Positions 28,702 through 39,807 of a stretch of 64,000 bases of DNA are shown one piece after another (position 1 is the first letter of the stretch; each line of letters opens with the position of its first letter). The position numbers and the translations under genes were made by a program. The notes below the pieces were generated by a model, which saw only the letters and a list, made by a program, of their open reading frames with translations, searched no databases and was not told the DNA's origin. This DNA comes from an uncultured Acidobacteriota bacterium (lineage in GTDB: Bacteria; Acidobacteriota; Vicinamibacteria; Vicinamibacterales; 2-12-FULL-66-21): assembly GCA_963771415.1 (NCBI GenBank), contig CAVYTI010000011.1, forward strand, positions 303,501-367,500, given 5' to 3'.

Positions 28702-28730
28702 CCTTTTGTCTTCGCGACGGAGGCTTTTTC
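28702..28730 (+). terminator. Candidate intrinsic terminator (CCTTTTGTC-TTCGC-GACGGAGG stem-loop followed by CTTTTT)
   Basis: Read directly, about 80 nt after the YCII stop. The stem needs two G-U pairs and one bulge. Confidence 0.4.
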
Positions 28731-28859
28731 GGGTCCGGCGCAGCAGATACTGGGTCCGATACAAGACAGTTACAGCCTTGTAATCAATAGTTTGCGGAGA
28801 TCGACATCGTCAGGAGCAAAAAAGGTGGTCGGATTGCAAAGGCGGGTGCGGCTAGTCGC

Positions 28860-29543
28860 ATGTTTGCACGGAGCTCCCAACCCATGATGCATCTCGCTCG
28901 TCGGATCCTGATCGGTAGTCTCGTGGTGGGGGGGTCGTTCGTCGTAACACAGTCGGCGGAAGCTGGCTTCATCGATTTCGGCAGCGCGGCCTGGGCGCCC
29001 AACGGGGCGAAGCAGTCGGTGTCTGTTGGGGGCATCACGGTCACCGCGACCGCTCCCAAAGGTTCCGATCTGTCCTGGACCAGCGGGCTCGGCTTCGGTG
29101 TCGATAGCAGCCTCGTCGACGAATTGCTGGGGACCGGTGACGAGATCAACAGCGTCGAGATTCTGTCGGTGACGATGCCGACAGCGACGACGATCTCGGG
29201 CTTCACGGTTTCCAATCTGTTCACTGAGAGTCTGCTGGGGCTGCTGAAGTACAGCGAGGTCGGGTACTACAGCATCAACGGCGGTCAGTGGACACAGTTC
29301 GTCGCACCCGACTCGAATACGCAGAGTACGAACGGCCTTCTGTCGGTGTCGTTCGCGCCGTCGCTCGTCTCCAGCATAGCCTTCGGCTACGGTGGCGGCG
29401 GTGGCGGGCTGAACGACTTCTCGGTGAAGGGGATCAACGTCGTGTCCACGCCGGAGCCGGCTTCTCTGCTCCTGATGGGCACCGGGCTGGCGGCCCTCGT
29501 GGTGCGCGCCCGTAAGTCGGGTCCTCGTCGAACCGCCATCTAG
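28860..29543 (+). CDS. PEP-CTERM sorting-domain secreted protein
   Basis: 227 aa. The signal peptide is ILIGSLVVGGSFVVTQSAEA. The C-terminus is VSTPEPASLLLMGTGLAALVVRARK. Confidence 0.8.
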   Translation: MFARSSQPMMHLARRILIGSLVVGGSFVVTQSAEAGFIDFGSAAWAPNGAKQSVSVGGITVTATAPKGSDLSWTSGLGFGVDSSLVDELLGTGDEINSVEILSVTMPTATTISGFTVSNLFTESLLGLLKYSEVGYYSINGGQWTQFVAPDSNTQSTNGLLSVSFAPSLVSSIAFGYGGGGGGLNDFSVKGINVVSTPEPASLLLMGTGLAALVVRARKSGPRRTAI

Positions 29544-29605
29544 CTCGCTCTCACGGACGTCCGTCCTGCCGTTTTCCGACAGGACGGACTCTCCCCAGAC
29601 AGTCC

Positions 29606-30081
29606 CTACTCCAGACCCAGCGCGCGTGCCACAGTGTGGAACAGATCCGTCTGGTTCGTGACGCCCAGCACGTTCGCCGCCTGCGGTCCCTGAGCGGCCA
29701 GCCGCACTTCCGATCCGGTGTGATCCTGCGACGTGCCATGCGCACGCGTTCCGTAGTTGATCGTCATCAGATGAGCGAGGGATCCCCTTCCTGCAGCGCA
29801 TACGTTGTGTACTCGCCGGTCAGGGGCAGCGAGTCCATCCACAGGCGACCGTTGGCGCCGACTTGATAATTGCGGGCGATCGTGATTTCTGAATCGCCCA
29901 TCCCGTCGCCGAGGAACATGATGACGTTCTTGGCGCGGCCCCCTTCGATCGCGCGGCGCAGGCTTTCGACCTGATCCTCACGATTCGACCGCGTCCAGAC
30001 GTGAGCACTGGTGAATCCGACAGCGATCATCGCTGTCGCGACGACAATGGTCCGTTCGAGCCCCGTGCTGAGTGTGCGCAT
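29606..30081 (-). pseudogene. phoA: Alkaline phosphatase (PhoA family) with ~300-codon internal deletion plus frame change
   Basis: The N-terminal part (ATG 30081 after GGAGGGG) reads KNVIMFLGDGMGDSEITIARNY...LPLTGEYTTYALQ and stops at 29767, before the DSAAS active-site Ser. The other frame then reads MTINYG...SQDHTGSEVRLAAQGPQAANVLGVTNQTDLFHTVARALGLE. That matches the E. coli PhoA C-terminus [38 protein letters not shown]. Confidence 0.75.
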
Positions 30082-30276
30082 CTTTACCCCTCCGGGCACG
30101 GATGCTAGATGGGCAACGTAACCGAGGGGCTTCACACAGGTAACGAGCGCGTCACATTGTGTTGCTCACGATCTGGCGTCTCCTTGTGACGGCGGCGGCG
30201 CGCGGACGCGAATCAGGACGTCGTCCGGACCTGGCGCGCGTCTTCGCAGACAATATCTGCAGGGTTCGGTCTGGGA

Positions 30277-30714
30277 ATGCGGATGGCTTTCATGTCCGCT
30301 CCCTGGCAATACTCTGTACTGGAGGGTTCGGTGCGATTTGGCAGGGTGGTGTTCCTGGGAGCCGGCGTCTGGGGAATTCTGCTGCTGACCCCGTTGTTCT
30401 TCGCGTTCGATCTGATCGGCCGGCGGTTTCCGCCGCCAATCACCCACGCGGATTTCTACTACGGGTTCCTCACGGTTGCGCTGGCCTGGCAGTTTGCCTT
30501 CCTCGTGATCGGGCGCGACCCGATCCGCTTCCGCCCGATGATGCTGCCGGCGATGCTGGAGAAGTTCGGTTACGTCGGAGCGCTCGTCGCGCTCTATGCG
30601 CAGCAACGGATCCAGGCCGGCCAGGCGCTGGCCGCGGCACCAGATTTCGTCCTTGGAGTGTTGTTCGTGCTCGCGTACTTCAAGACGCCGTCGCCTATCG
30701 TGAGAGCGACCTGA
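30277..30714 (+). CDS. Hypothetical 4-TM membrane protein
   Basis: 145-aa ORF with four clear hydrophobic helices. No family recognised and the start is uncertain. Confidence 0.55.
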   Translation: MRMAFMSAPWQYSVLEGSVRFGRVVFLGAGVWGILLLTPLFFAFDLIGRRFPPPITHADFYYGFLTVALAWQFAFLVIGRDPIRFRPMMLPAMLEKFGYVGALVALYAQQRIQAGQALAAAPDFVLGVLFVLAYFKTPSPIVRAT

Positions 30715-30761
30715 CGTCTTGCCCATCGTTGTCGGCAGGGCGGATGGATTCGGCGCCGGCG

Positions 30762-32768
30762 CTACGTCCCGCTCCGCGCCGTCGTCTCGAATCGGGCGAT
30801 CTGATCGCGCGTGCCGAGGACGGCGACCAGATCCCCGCTCTCCAGCGTGGCATCGCTGTCAGGGTTCGCCGAAAGCACCCCGTCGCGAATGATGCCCACA
30901 ATGGAGACGCCCAGTGTTGAGCGCAGTCGCCCTTCGCCGATGGTGGGTCCGCTCAGGGCGGCTGCCTGCCGGGATGCCGACCCATGTGAAGTCGAGCAGA
31001 CGGGCCACGTCGCTGATCTCGGAGATCAGCGCGAGGCCGGTGTCGGCTCCCGCCCGACAGGCCGTAGCGCTGGCGACGAATTGCGCTGCGCAACCTGCAG
31101 AATCTCGTGCGCCGGCACGTTGAAGTAGCTGAGCGCCTGTCGCGTCATCTCGATCGCCGCTTCGTACTCCGGCGACGCGACCTCCTGGATACCGAGCGCG
31201 TAGAGCGCGCGGACGGCGTCACTGCCTGCGGCTTGCGCGATGATCGGGATGTCCTGGCGAAGATGTCTGACGGTCGCGACGATCGCGCGAGTGTCGGGTA
31301 GGGCGGGGACGGTCACCAGCACGGCCCTCGCGCGTTGGACGGCGGCTGCCTCCAGCACGACACTCTGGCTCGCATCTCCATAGATCACTGGAAGCCCGGC
31401 GGCGCGCGCCTGTTGGACGCGGCGATCGTCGAGCTCGATCATGACGCAGGGCAGACCGAGGTGCGCGAGCGCGTCGGCGATGCTGCGCCCGACACGTCCG
31501 CCGCCGGCGATCACCACATGGTCGGCCAGGCCGCCCTCCGGAATGTTGATCGACTGCAGCGGCTCGGACGACCCCTTGCGCCGGAACCACCCGTAGAGGG
31601 CAGGCGTCAGACCGGAGATCGCCGGGGTCAGCACCATCGTGACGATTGTGGTGCTCAGCGCGATCGTATACAGCCCGTCGTCGATAGCTCCACTCGAGTG
31701 CCCCAGCCGCGCCAGCACGAAAGCAAATTCGCCGACTTGAAAGAGGGTCAGGCCGGTGGCCAGCGGGACCACGTTGCGGTAGCCGAAAAGGCGGACCACA
31801 ACCGCGAGAATCAGCGCCTTGCCCACGATGACGACGACGACGACCAGCGCCAGGATGCCGAGATGGCTCCAGGCCGATCGCGGATCGAGCAGCATGCCAA
31901 CCGACACGAAGAAGAGCATGCCGAAGATGTCACGCAGCGGGATGACGTCGCTCAGCGCCTGGTGCGCGTACTCGGACTCGTTGATGACGAGCCCGGCGAC
32001 GAATGCGCCAAGCGCCAGCGACAGCCCGAACGCGCGGGTGGCGAACGCCACACCCACGGCGATGGCAATGGTCGAGAGCAGAAACAGCTCGCGCGAGTTC
32101 CAGCGGGCCACGAACGCCATCGCGCGCGGCACCAGTCGCGTCGAGACCAGCACGATGACCACCAGCAGGACAGCCGCGCGGAGGCCCGCACTCACGACCG
32201 GCAGGAAACCGCTCTGCGGGTTGCTCAGCTCCGGCAACATAATCGTCAAGGGCACGATGGCCAGGTCCTGCAGCACCAGAATCCCGAGCATGACCCGGCT
32301 CGACAGGGTCCCCAGCCGCCCCTGCGCCTGAATCGTCTTCAGTGCCACCATCGTGCTCGACATCGCGACCAGCGATCCGAACCACGCGGCCGGCACGGAT
32401 GACCAACCGACGGCACGAGCAAGCCCGAACCCGAGACCAATAGTCAGTACGATCTGAAGCGCGCCGCCCGCCAGCGCCACCGTACGCACCGGACGCAGCT
32501 CGCGGAACGACACCTCGAGCCCGAGCGAGAAGAGCAGCAGCACGACACCAAGCTCCGACAACTGCTCGAGGTTCTCGACGTTCGCGACAGTGACACCCCC
32601 CGTGAACGGACCGACGGCGACGCCGGCGAGGATGTAGCCGACAATGAGCGGCTGACGGAATCGCTGGGCCAGGTACGCGCCGGCCAGCGCCGACACCAGC
32701 ACGACGGTGAGATCGGCGACGAGATCCACGTCGTCGTGCAGCCTATCCGGTTGCTGCGAACGCGGCAA
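30762..32768 (-). pseudogene. CPA2 cation:proton antiporter (Kef-type) with TrkA-N and TrkA-C domains; in-frame TGA and local frame scrambling between the two TrkA domains
   Basis: The 580-aa ORF holds the Na_H exchanger TM core plus TrkA-N (VVIAGGGRVGRSIADALAHLGLPCVMIE). TrkA-C (AAALSGPTIGEGRLRSTLGVSIVGIIRDGVLSANPDSDATLESGDLVAVLGTRDQIARFE) continues in the same frame after TGA 31028-31026. Between about 31082 and 30966 the protein-like reading (IRRQRYGLSGG / ADTGLALISEISDVARLLDFTWVGIPA) lies in the other two frames. Confidence 0.8.
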
Positions 32769-32901
32769 TGGCGCGACGCGGGTACGAGCCCGTCGGCGCG
32801 ATCATTTCCCGTCGCGAAGGCGAGGCGACCACTCACCGGGCGCGATATATGGGAATCAATCAAATCGTCCACAGGAACGGGGTGTGCGAACGCGGCGTTC
32901 C

Positions 32902-32931
32902 TTGACATCCGATCGCGTTGCGATGTATTTA
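32902..32931 (+). promoter_or_regulatory. Candidate sigma-70 promoter for arsR-family gene (TTGACA-18 nt-TATTTA), followed by imperfect palindrome TTAACCATCAGGATAATTAA
   Basis: Read directly in the divergent kef/arsR intergenic region. The palindrome (32929-32948, 14 of 20 symmetric) could be the ArsR-type operator. Confidence 0.35.
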
Positions 32932-32962
32932 ACCATCAGGATAATTAACGCTCCGGTTCAAT

Positions 32963-33322
32963 ATGCAGGTCACCTCCGATCCCCTCAGCACCACCTTCTC
33001 GGCCCTCGCCGATCCCACGCGGCGCGCCATCCTGTCGCGGCTGGCCTCCGGCGCCGCCTCTGTGACCGAGCTGGCCGAGCCGTTCGACATGAGCATGCCG
33101 GCCGTCTCGAAGCATCTCAAGGTGCTCGAGCGGGCCGGATTGGTCGCGCGCAGCCGCGACGCTCAGTGGCGGCCCTGCCGCCTCGAGCCGGCGCCGCTCA
33201 AGGATGTGGCGGAATGGATCGCGCACTACAGCCGTTTCTGGGAGGAAAGCCTCAACCGCCTCGACGAATACTTGCGGCGCCTCGAAATAAAGCCGGGCCG
33301 CCGACGCCGGCGACGAACCTAG
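32963..33322 (+). CDS. ArsR/SmtB-family transcriptional regulator
   Basis: 119 aa. [50 protein letters not shown]. Confidence 0.9.
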   Translation: MQVTSDPLSTTFSALADPTRRAILSRLASGAASVTELAEPFDMSMPAVSKHLKVLERAGLVARSRDAQWRPCRLEPAPLKDVAEWIAHYSRFWEESLNRLDEYLRRLEIKPGRRRRRRT

Positions 33323-33368
33323 ACCTGGTCAACTCTCAACTCTCACGTGGACGCGTAATAGGACGATC

Positions 33369-35822
33369 ATGACCCTGCTGACTGATTTTCGCTTCGCGCT
33401 GCGCTCCCTCGCCCGAGTGAAGGGCCTGGCAATCACCGTCATCATCACGCTGGCGCTGGGCATCGGCGCCAACGCTGCCATCTTCAGCGTCGTCCGAGGC
33501 GTGCTCCTGCGGCCGCTGGTCAATCGCGACGAAGATCAGCCTGATCTATATCCGGCAGACCGCGAAGGGCGCCGGCGTGGAGAACGCCGCCTTCTCCGTC
33601 CCGGAGATCCAGGATTTGCGGGGTCGGATCAAGACCCTGAGCGCCTTCGGCGACTTCTCGACGATCGACTTCACCATGGTCGGGCTGGGTGAGCCGCGCG
33701 TCGTCCGCGCGGGCGTGGTCGGCGGATCCGTACTTCGACGTGATGGGGCTTCACCCGGTGGTCGGCCGCCTGATCGGCCCTGCGGACGACGGGCCGCAGG
33801 CGCCCGGTGTGGCGGTGCTGACGTACCGCTTCTGGACGACCTCGCTGAAGAGCGACGCGTCGGTGATCGGCAGGACGGTGCGGTTGGGAACCCGCACCGC
33901 GACCATCGTGGGTGTCCTGGAACCTTCGGTGCCGTATCCGTCGGAAACCGAAATCATCGCCAACGTCGTGACCAGCCCGCATCATCTGTCGGCGACGATG
34001 GTGACCGGGACGAGTGCACCGAATGACCGAACTGTTCGGCCGACTGGCCCCCGGATCCGATCTGGAAGCGGCTCGAGCCGAGCTGCGCACGGTGCACGCC
34101 TCGATTGTCCAGCAGCATCCCGAGGCGTATTCGGCGAAGGCGGACTTCCGCATCGAAGCGGTTCGCCTGCGCGACCAGATCACGTCGCGGGCCAGAACGG
34201 TGCTGCTCGTGCTGCTCGCGGCCTCGGCGCTGGTGTTCGTGATCGCCTGCTCGAACGTCGCCAACCTCATTCTGGCGCGGTCGGTGCGCCGCGAAGGGGA
34301 GTTGGCGATCCGCGCCGCCCTGGGTGCCAGCAACGCCGCGCTGCGACGGACGCTGCTCGCCGAGAGCCTTCTGCTGTGCGGGACCGGCGCCATTCTGGGT
34401 GTGGCGATCGCCTGGCCGGCGGTCGCGGTCCTGGCGCGCTACGCCTCGCGCTTCTCCGTGCGCGCGCTGGACCTGACGGTCGATGCCAGCGTGTTGTGGG
34501 TCGGCGTCGGACTGGCGATCGTCGCCGCCGTTCTCCTCGCCTACGTGCCCCGGCTCCCGTCGCAGGGGGCCTCACAAGGTCTCGGGCTCTCGAGCGGCAG
34601 CCTGCGGATCACTTCCGGAACCAACCGGCGCCTTCGCGTATTCGCGGTGACGCAGATCGCCGCGTCGTTCGTGCTGCTCGCCGGGGCCGGGATGCTCTTG
34701 ACCACGCTGCTCTCGCTGCAGACCGCGCGCACCGGATTCGATCTGCGCAATGTGTTGGCGATCCACGTCCCGGTGATGTCCTACGGACGCACGCCGGCGC
34801 AGGTGATCGACTTCTATAAGGAAGCGATGCGCCGCATTAGCGAGCTGCCGGGCGTGGAGCGCGTGGCGGTCGGCACCATCGTGCCCTGGCGCGATGCCGG
34901 AGGCTTCGGGCCGGGCTTTCAGTTCTCGGTCGACGGCTACGCCCGGGCGGATGGTGAAGAGGATCCGCGGGCACGGTTCCGAACCATCTCACCAGGATTC
35001 TTTGCCGCGCTGGGCGTGCCGATCATCGCTGGCCGGGATTTTTCCGACGCCGATCGCCGCGACACCGAGCCCGTCGTCATCATCAGCCAGAGCGTTGCGC
35101 AGCGGATGTTTCCCAACCGCGAAGCGCTCAATCGCCACATGATGTGGACCGATCCGGTCATGAAGTTCATCGACGTCGGCACCGGCCCACGCCGTATCGT
35201 CGGCATCGCCGCGGATGTGGACGACGAGAACGTGGTGCCAGGGCCTGCGCTGAGCGTGTATCAGCCGTTCGAGCAGGAGATCGGTGGCGGCCGGCTGTTC
35301 GTTCACACCAAGACCAATCCGTATGCGCTGGTTCCGCCGATCACCCGCATCATCCGCGATCTGTCCGCCGATCAGCCGGTAGAGCGTGCCGCGACGCTGG
35401 AGGACGTCCGCGCCGAAGTGCTCGCACCGGATCGGTTGAACGCGCTGGTCTTCGGCGGATTCGCCGGCGTCGCCCTGATGATTGCGGTCGTGGGGGTGGC
35501 CGGCGTCCTGGCGTTCTCGGTCAGTGCGCGGACCCGCGAGTTCGGCATCCGTCTGGCGATCGGCTCCGCCCCCCGCCATCTGCTGACGAGGGTGCTGCGT
35601 GAAGGCGCGGTCATTGCGGGCGCCGGAACCGTGGCCGGCGCCATCGCCGGCTTTGCGCTGGTGCGCTTTGCCGGCAGCTATCTGCAGGAATTGCGAATTC
35701 CCGGAGTGCTGCCAATCGGCGGCGCCGCGCTCGTGCTGATTGCCGCGGCGATCCTGGCCTCGCTCATGCCGGCGGCACGCGCGTCGCGGATCGACGTGAT
35801 CCGCGCGCTGCGCTCAGACTAG
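33369..35822 (+). pseudogene. Duplicated MacB/FtsX ABC permease (ADOP family) interrupted by three +1 frameshifts (~33540, ~33730, ~34010)
   Basis: Four track ORFs (33369, 33577, 33689, 34014) are in frames 0, +1, +2, 0. They join into one continuous ADOP sequence: ...[11 protein letters not shown]|[26 protein letters not shown]...VVGGS|YFDVMGLHPVVGRLIG...ATMVTG|RVHRMTELFGRLAPGSD... Confidence 0.85.
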
Positions 35823-36673
35823 TAGGTCCGCGCGACGGCCGCGGGTCGAGGTACTTCACGAAGACGACCTCGTTCCGGCGTTCGTTGTAGATCAGCTCGT
35901 CGACGCTGGCGCGCACCATCATCAGGCCGAAGCCGCCGGGGCGAATGCCTTTGTCCTCGCGAATCTGCATGTGCGCGATCGGATCGTCCGACGGATGGCC
36001 GATCGCGGCGTGCGGCAGCTCCTCGATCTTGAACCCCGGTCCGGGGTCGGCAATCCGATACATCAGCATCCGATCGGAGCGGAGGCACGCGATGCGCACC
36101 TTTCGCTTCGGATCCAGACGCCCGCCCCATTCCACCGCGTTGAGGAGAAGCTCCCTGAACGCGTAGCCGATCGATTCGCGGAGCTCCGGCGCGAGGTCGG
36201 TGTCGAGTTGCGCCATCACCGTCTGGATGTGTTCGGCCGCCTCTCGCGTGCAGGGCACCACGAGTTCGACCCATTCGGCCCGTGCAGAGATCACTTCGAC
36301 CGGCGGCAGATCGGGCGCCGCCAGCGCCGCGCGGACGGTCTGCAGCAGCGTCATCGAGTCGACCGGCTTGTGGACGTACCTGAAGGCCTGCTCGCGAACT
36401 GCCTTCAGCAGCGTTTCCGGGGCCTCGTCGGAGGTCATCACGATGACGCGCGGCCGCGCCTTGCCCGGCTTCAACTTGGCCAGCAGGTCCAGACCGTTCA
36501 TCCGCGGCATCCAGACGTCGAGCAACAGGAGGTCGACCCGCCGCGTCCGCAGTACGCTTGAGCGCCTCGACGCCATCCTTCGCCGCGGTCGCCGCAAAGC
36601 CGGCGCTCGTGAGCACCTTCCGCAGCAGATGACGAGTGGCCTGATCGTCGTCGACGACGAGAATCTTCTTCAT
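35764..36673 (-). pseudogene. Response-regulator receiver fused to RsbW/SpoIIAB-like HATPase (anti-sigma-type Ser kinase) domain; one +1 frameshift near 36553
   Basis: REC reads [40 protein letters not shown] | LRTRRVDLLLLDVWMPRMNGLDLLAKLK...VIVMTS...HKP. The HATPase_c_2-like region follows: FRELLLNAVEWGG, IADPGPGF, GGFGLMMV. The ATG overlaps the stop of the upstream kinase gene (ATGA). Confidence 0.75.
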
Positions 36674-39600
36674 GACCGACTCCGGGACGACCGCGGTGAG
36701 GGACGAGACGTCTCCGAACGTTTCGATTTACGCGGGCCTGACTTGCGTTGCTTCCTGCGGCTCGGCGTGTTCGGCCGCACCAGGCCGGCACCCACGAATT
36801 CGGCATCGAGGCGTTGAACCAGGATTTGCAGTCGCGCCAGACTCTGGTGCGCTGCCGCCTGCTGGTCCGGTAGAACGAGCCGCTCGAGGTCCGCAGCTGC
36901 CTCGCGCCCGGCAGCCGAGCCGACGGTCGCGATCGCCCCCTTCAACCCGTGCGCGGCCTCCCGCAAGCCATCGCCGTCATTGCGTCGGATCGCCCTCTCG
37001 ACACGATGCAACGCCGCCGGTGTGTCGGCGCGAAACATCCGGACGACTTGCCCGAGCAGCTTCCGGTCTCCGCCGGTATAGGCCAGCGCGGCCTGTTCAT
37101 CGAACAGGCTCCCCTCCGGGATGCTGACTGGCGCGACGGTGGAAGTGACCTCCTCGCCACCAAAACGTTCGACCGTCGCGATGAGCTCGTCCACGTCGAT
37201 CGGTTTCGACAGATATCCGTCCATGCCAGCCGCGAGACACCGGTCGCGATCGACCTGCATGGCATGGGCGGTGAGGGCAACGATCGGCAGGTGACCGCCG
37301 CGCTCGCGCTCACGCTGACGGATCGCCTCGGTCGCTTCGAGCCCGCTCATCTCCGGCATCTGCAGGTCCATCAGCAGGACGTCGAACTGGTCTCCGGGAC
37401 GCGGCCGCGTCGCACGCGGCGCGTCCGTCCGACACCGCCTTGACCTCGTGGCCGCGCTTCTGGAGAAGCTTGGTCACCAGCGTGCGATTGACGGCGTTGT
37501 CCTCCGCGACCAGTACCCTGAGCGGCCGCTGCGCCTTGGATCCTGGTGCCTTGGCCACGGCTCTGGGCGGCGCGTGACGCACCGATACGCTGAACAGCGT
37601 CGCGAGCGTGTCGAGCAGATCCGAATGCCTCACCGGCTTGGTCAGGAGCGCGTCGAAGTCGACTCGACGGCGACCGCTCAACTGTTCCGCGTGGCCAACC
37701 GAGGTCAACATGACAATCGGCAGACGCGAGAGTCGCCGGTCCGCCCGAATGCGGCGCGCCAGCGCAAAGCCGTCGACGCCAGGCATCTGGCCGTCCAGCA
37801 GCACCACGTTGAAGCGCTCGCCGGTGTGCCCGGCGTTTTTGAGCGGCGGCCGTGGCGCTGGCCGCGTCGGCGACGCTGATCGGCCGCATATGCCAGCTGC
37901 CGAGCATCTCTTCGAGGATGCGACGGCTGGTGGCGTTGTCATCGACGACCAGCACGCGGAGACCTTCCAGGGCCTTCGGCCGCTCGAGATCGGCCGTGCG
38001 ACTGGCGGCCTGCGGCAGATCGAAATGCGCGGTGAAAGAGAAGGTGCTGCCGCGGCCCAGCTCGCTCTCGACCCACAAGCGACCGCCCATCAACTCCACC
38101 AGCCGCAGCGCAATCGCCAGGCCCAGGCCGGTGCCTCCAAATCGCCGCGTCGTCGAGCTGTCGGCTTGGGTGAAGGCCTGAAAGATCTGCAACTGCTTGT
38201 CGGCGGCGATCCCGATACCGGTGTCGCTTACCGCGAAGCGCAGCGTCGCTCGCGACCCGCTGACGGTCTCGACGTCGACGCGCAGAACGTACCTCGCCGG
38301 ACTCCGTGAACTTCACGGCGTTGCCGAGCACGTTCAAGAGCACCTGGCGCAGCCGCCCGGCGTCGCCGAGCACCGTCTCCGGCGCGTCGGCCGAGACATG
38401 GCAGGCAAGCTCGAGTCCCTTTTCGCTGGCACGGAGCGCCAGCAGCTTCGCCGCGTCCTCGACGGCCTCACGCAGGTCGAACTCGGTGTGCTCGAGGTCG
38501 AGTCGGCGCGCCTCAATCTTCGAGAAATCGAGAATGTCGTTCACGATCGCCAGCAGCGATTGCGCCGACGACTTCACCGTATCGAGGTAGTCCTGCTGTT
38601 CGGCCGACAGCTTCGTCTGCAGCGCGAGGGTTGTCATGCCGAGGATCGCGTTGAGCGGCGTGCGGATCTCGTGGGTCATGTTGGCGAGAAACGCGCTCTT
38701 GGCCTCGGTCGCTTCCTCGGCGCGCCATTTCGAGACCTCGAGCTCTTTGACGAGCTGGGCGAGGCGCGCGGCCTGATCTTCGAGCGCGTGCTGGCTCGTT
38801 TCGAGATCGCGGGCGTAGCTCGCCATCGTCTCTTCGGCGGCTTTCCGCTCGGTGATGTCGCGCGCGGCGGCATAGACGATCTGGTGCTGTCGGAACGGCG
38901 CTGACGTCCACATCAGCCAGCGCACGGTCCCGTCCTTGTGGAGGTAGCGGTTCTCGAACGAAGCGATGTTCTGTCCGCCGGTCAGCCGGCTCGCCTGCTC
39001 GAGCGTGAGGTCACGATCGTCCGGGTGAACCAGATCCATGTAAGGACGCGAGAGCAGCTCCTCCTCGGTGTAGCCGAGAATGCGTTCCCACGCCGGATTG
39101 ATTCGCTTGAAATATCCGTCGAAGCCGGCGATGCAGAGCATGTCGAGCGACAGCGTGAAGAATCGATCGAGCTCCTCCTGGGCGCGGCGCCGATCGATGA
39201 ACAGCCCGATCTGGTTGCCGACGCTGGTGAGCATCGACAGGAGGTTCTCATCCGGCGCCCGGATGTCGCGGCTGAAGAACTCCATGACGCTCTGCACCTG
39301 ACCGCGGAGCAGTATCGGAAACCCGAACGCTCCGTGCAGCCCTTCGCGCGCGGCGATCGATTGTCTCGGGAAATTCGTGTCGTGGACGACGTCGGGAATC
39401 CAGGCCGGCTGAGCCAGGCCCCAGACGCGGCCGGGCAGGCCTTCGCCGCGGCGGAAGGTGATCCGCCGGCTGACCGCATCGAACTCGGGAAACTCCACGA
39501 CGGGCGAGCACCAGGTGTCCACGCACCGAAGGAGATCGGCTTCTCGATCGATGCGCCAGAGCGCGCCGTACTGCCAGTCCAGCGCGTCGCAAATGGCCTC

Positions 39601-39726
39601 GAGGATCCTCGGCGCGGCCTCGCCAAACGTGGCGGACTCGACGAGGGCGCGGGCGGCGACGTGCTCCGCGGTGAGGCGCCGCTCGGCGTGGCCCTGCGCA
39701 TCGATCGGACGAGGCTCTGGAGCCAT
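36670..39726 (-). pseudogene. Hybrid sensor histidine kinase GAF-PAS-HisKA-HATPase-REC-REC-HPt, interrupted by three +1 frameshifts (~38290, ~37844, ~37393)
   Basis: Four track ORFs (starts 39726, 38192, 37942, 37371) are in frames 0, +1, +2, 0. Motifs in order:
- GAF: GLPGRVW...FGFPIL
- PAS: MLCIAGFDGYFKRINPAWERILGY
- H-box: [14 protein letters not shown]
- N-box: [12 protein letters not shown]
- DTGIGI and GTGLGLAI
- REC1: VLVVDDN...[12 protein letters not shown]
- REC2: VLVAEDN...[12 protein letters not shown]
- HPt: AAHGLKGA. Confidence 0.85.
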
Positions 39727-39807
39727 GGTGATTCGGTGCTGATTATAGGTCGCCGTCCGTCACGATCGATGCCGGTGCGAAACGGCCAAACCGCAGGCGA
39801 CGGCGGA

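Noticed and set aside
31026-31028. In-frame TGA in the kef-type gene as selenocysteine or programmed read-through
   Set aside because: The ~40 codons around it read as nonsense in that frame while the protein-like sequence sits in the other frames. I noticed no SECIS-like hairpin. Frame disruption explains it better.
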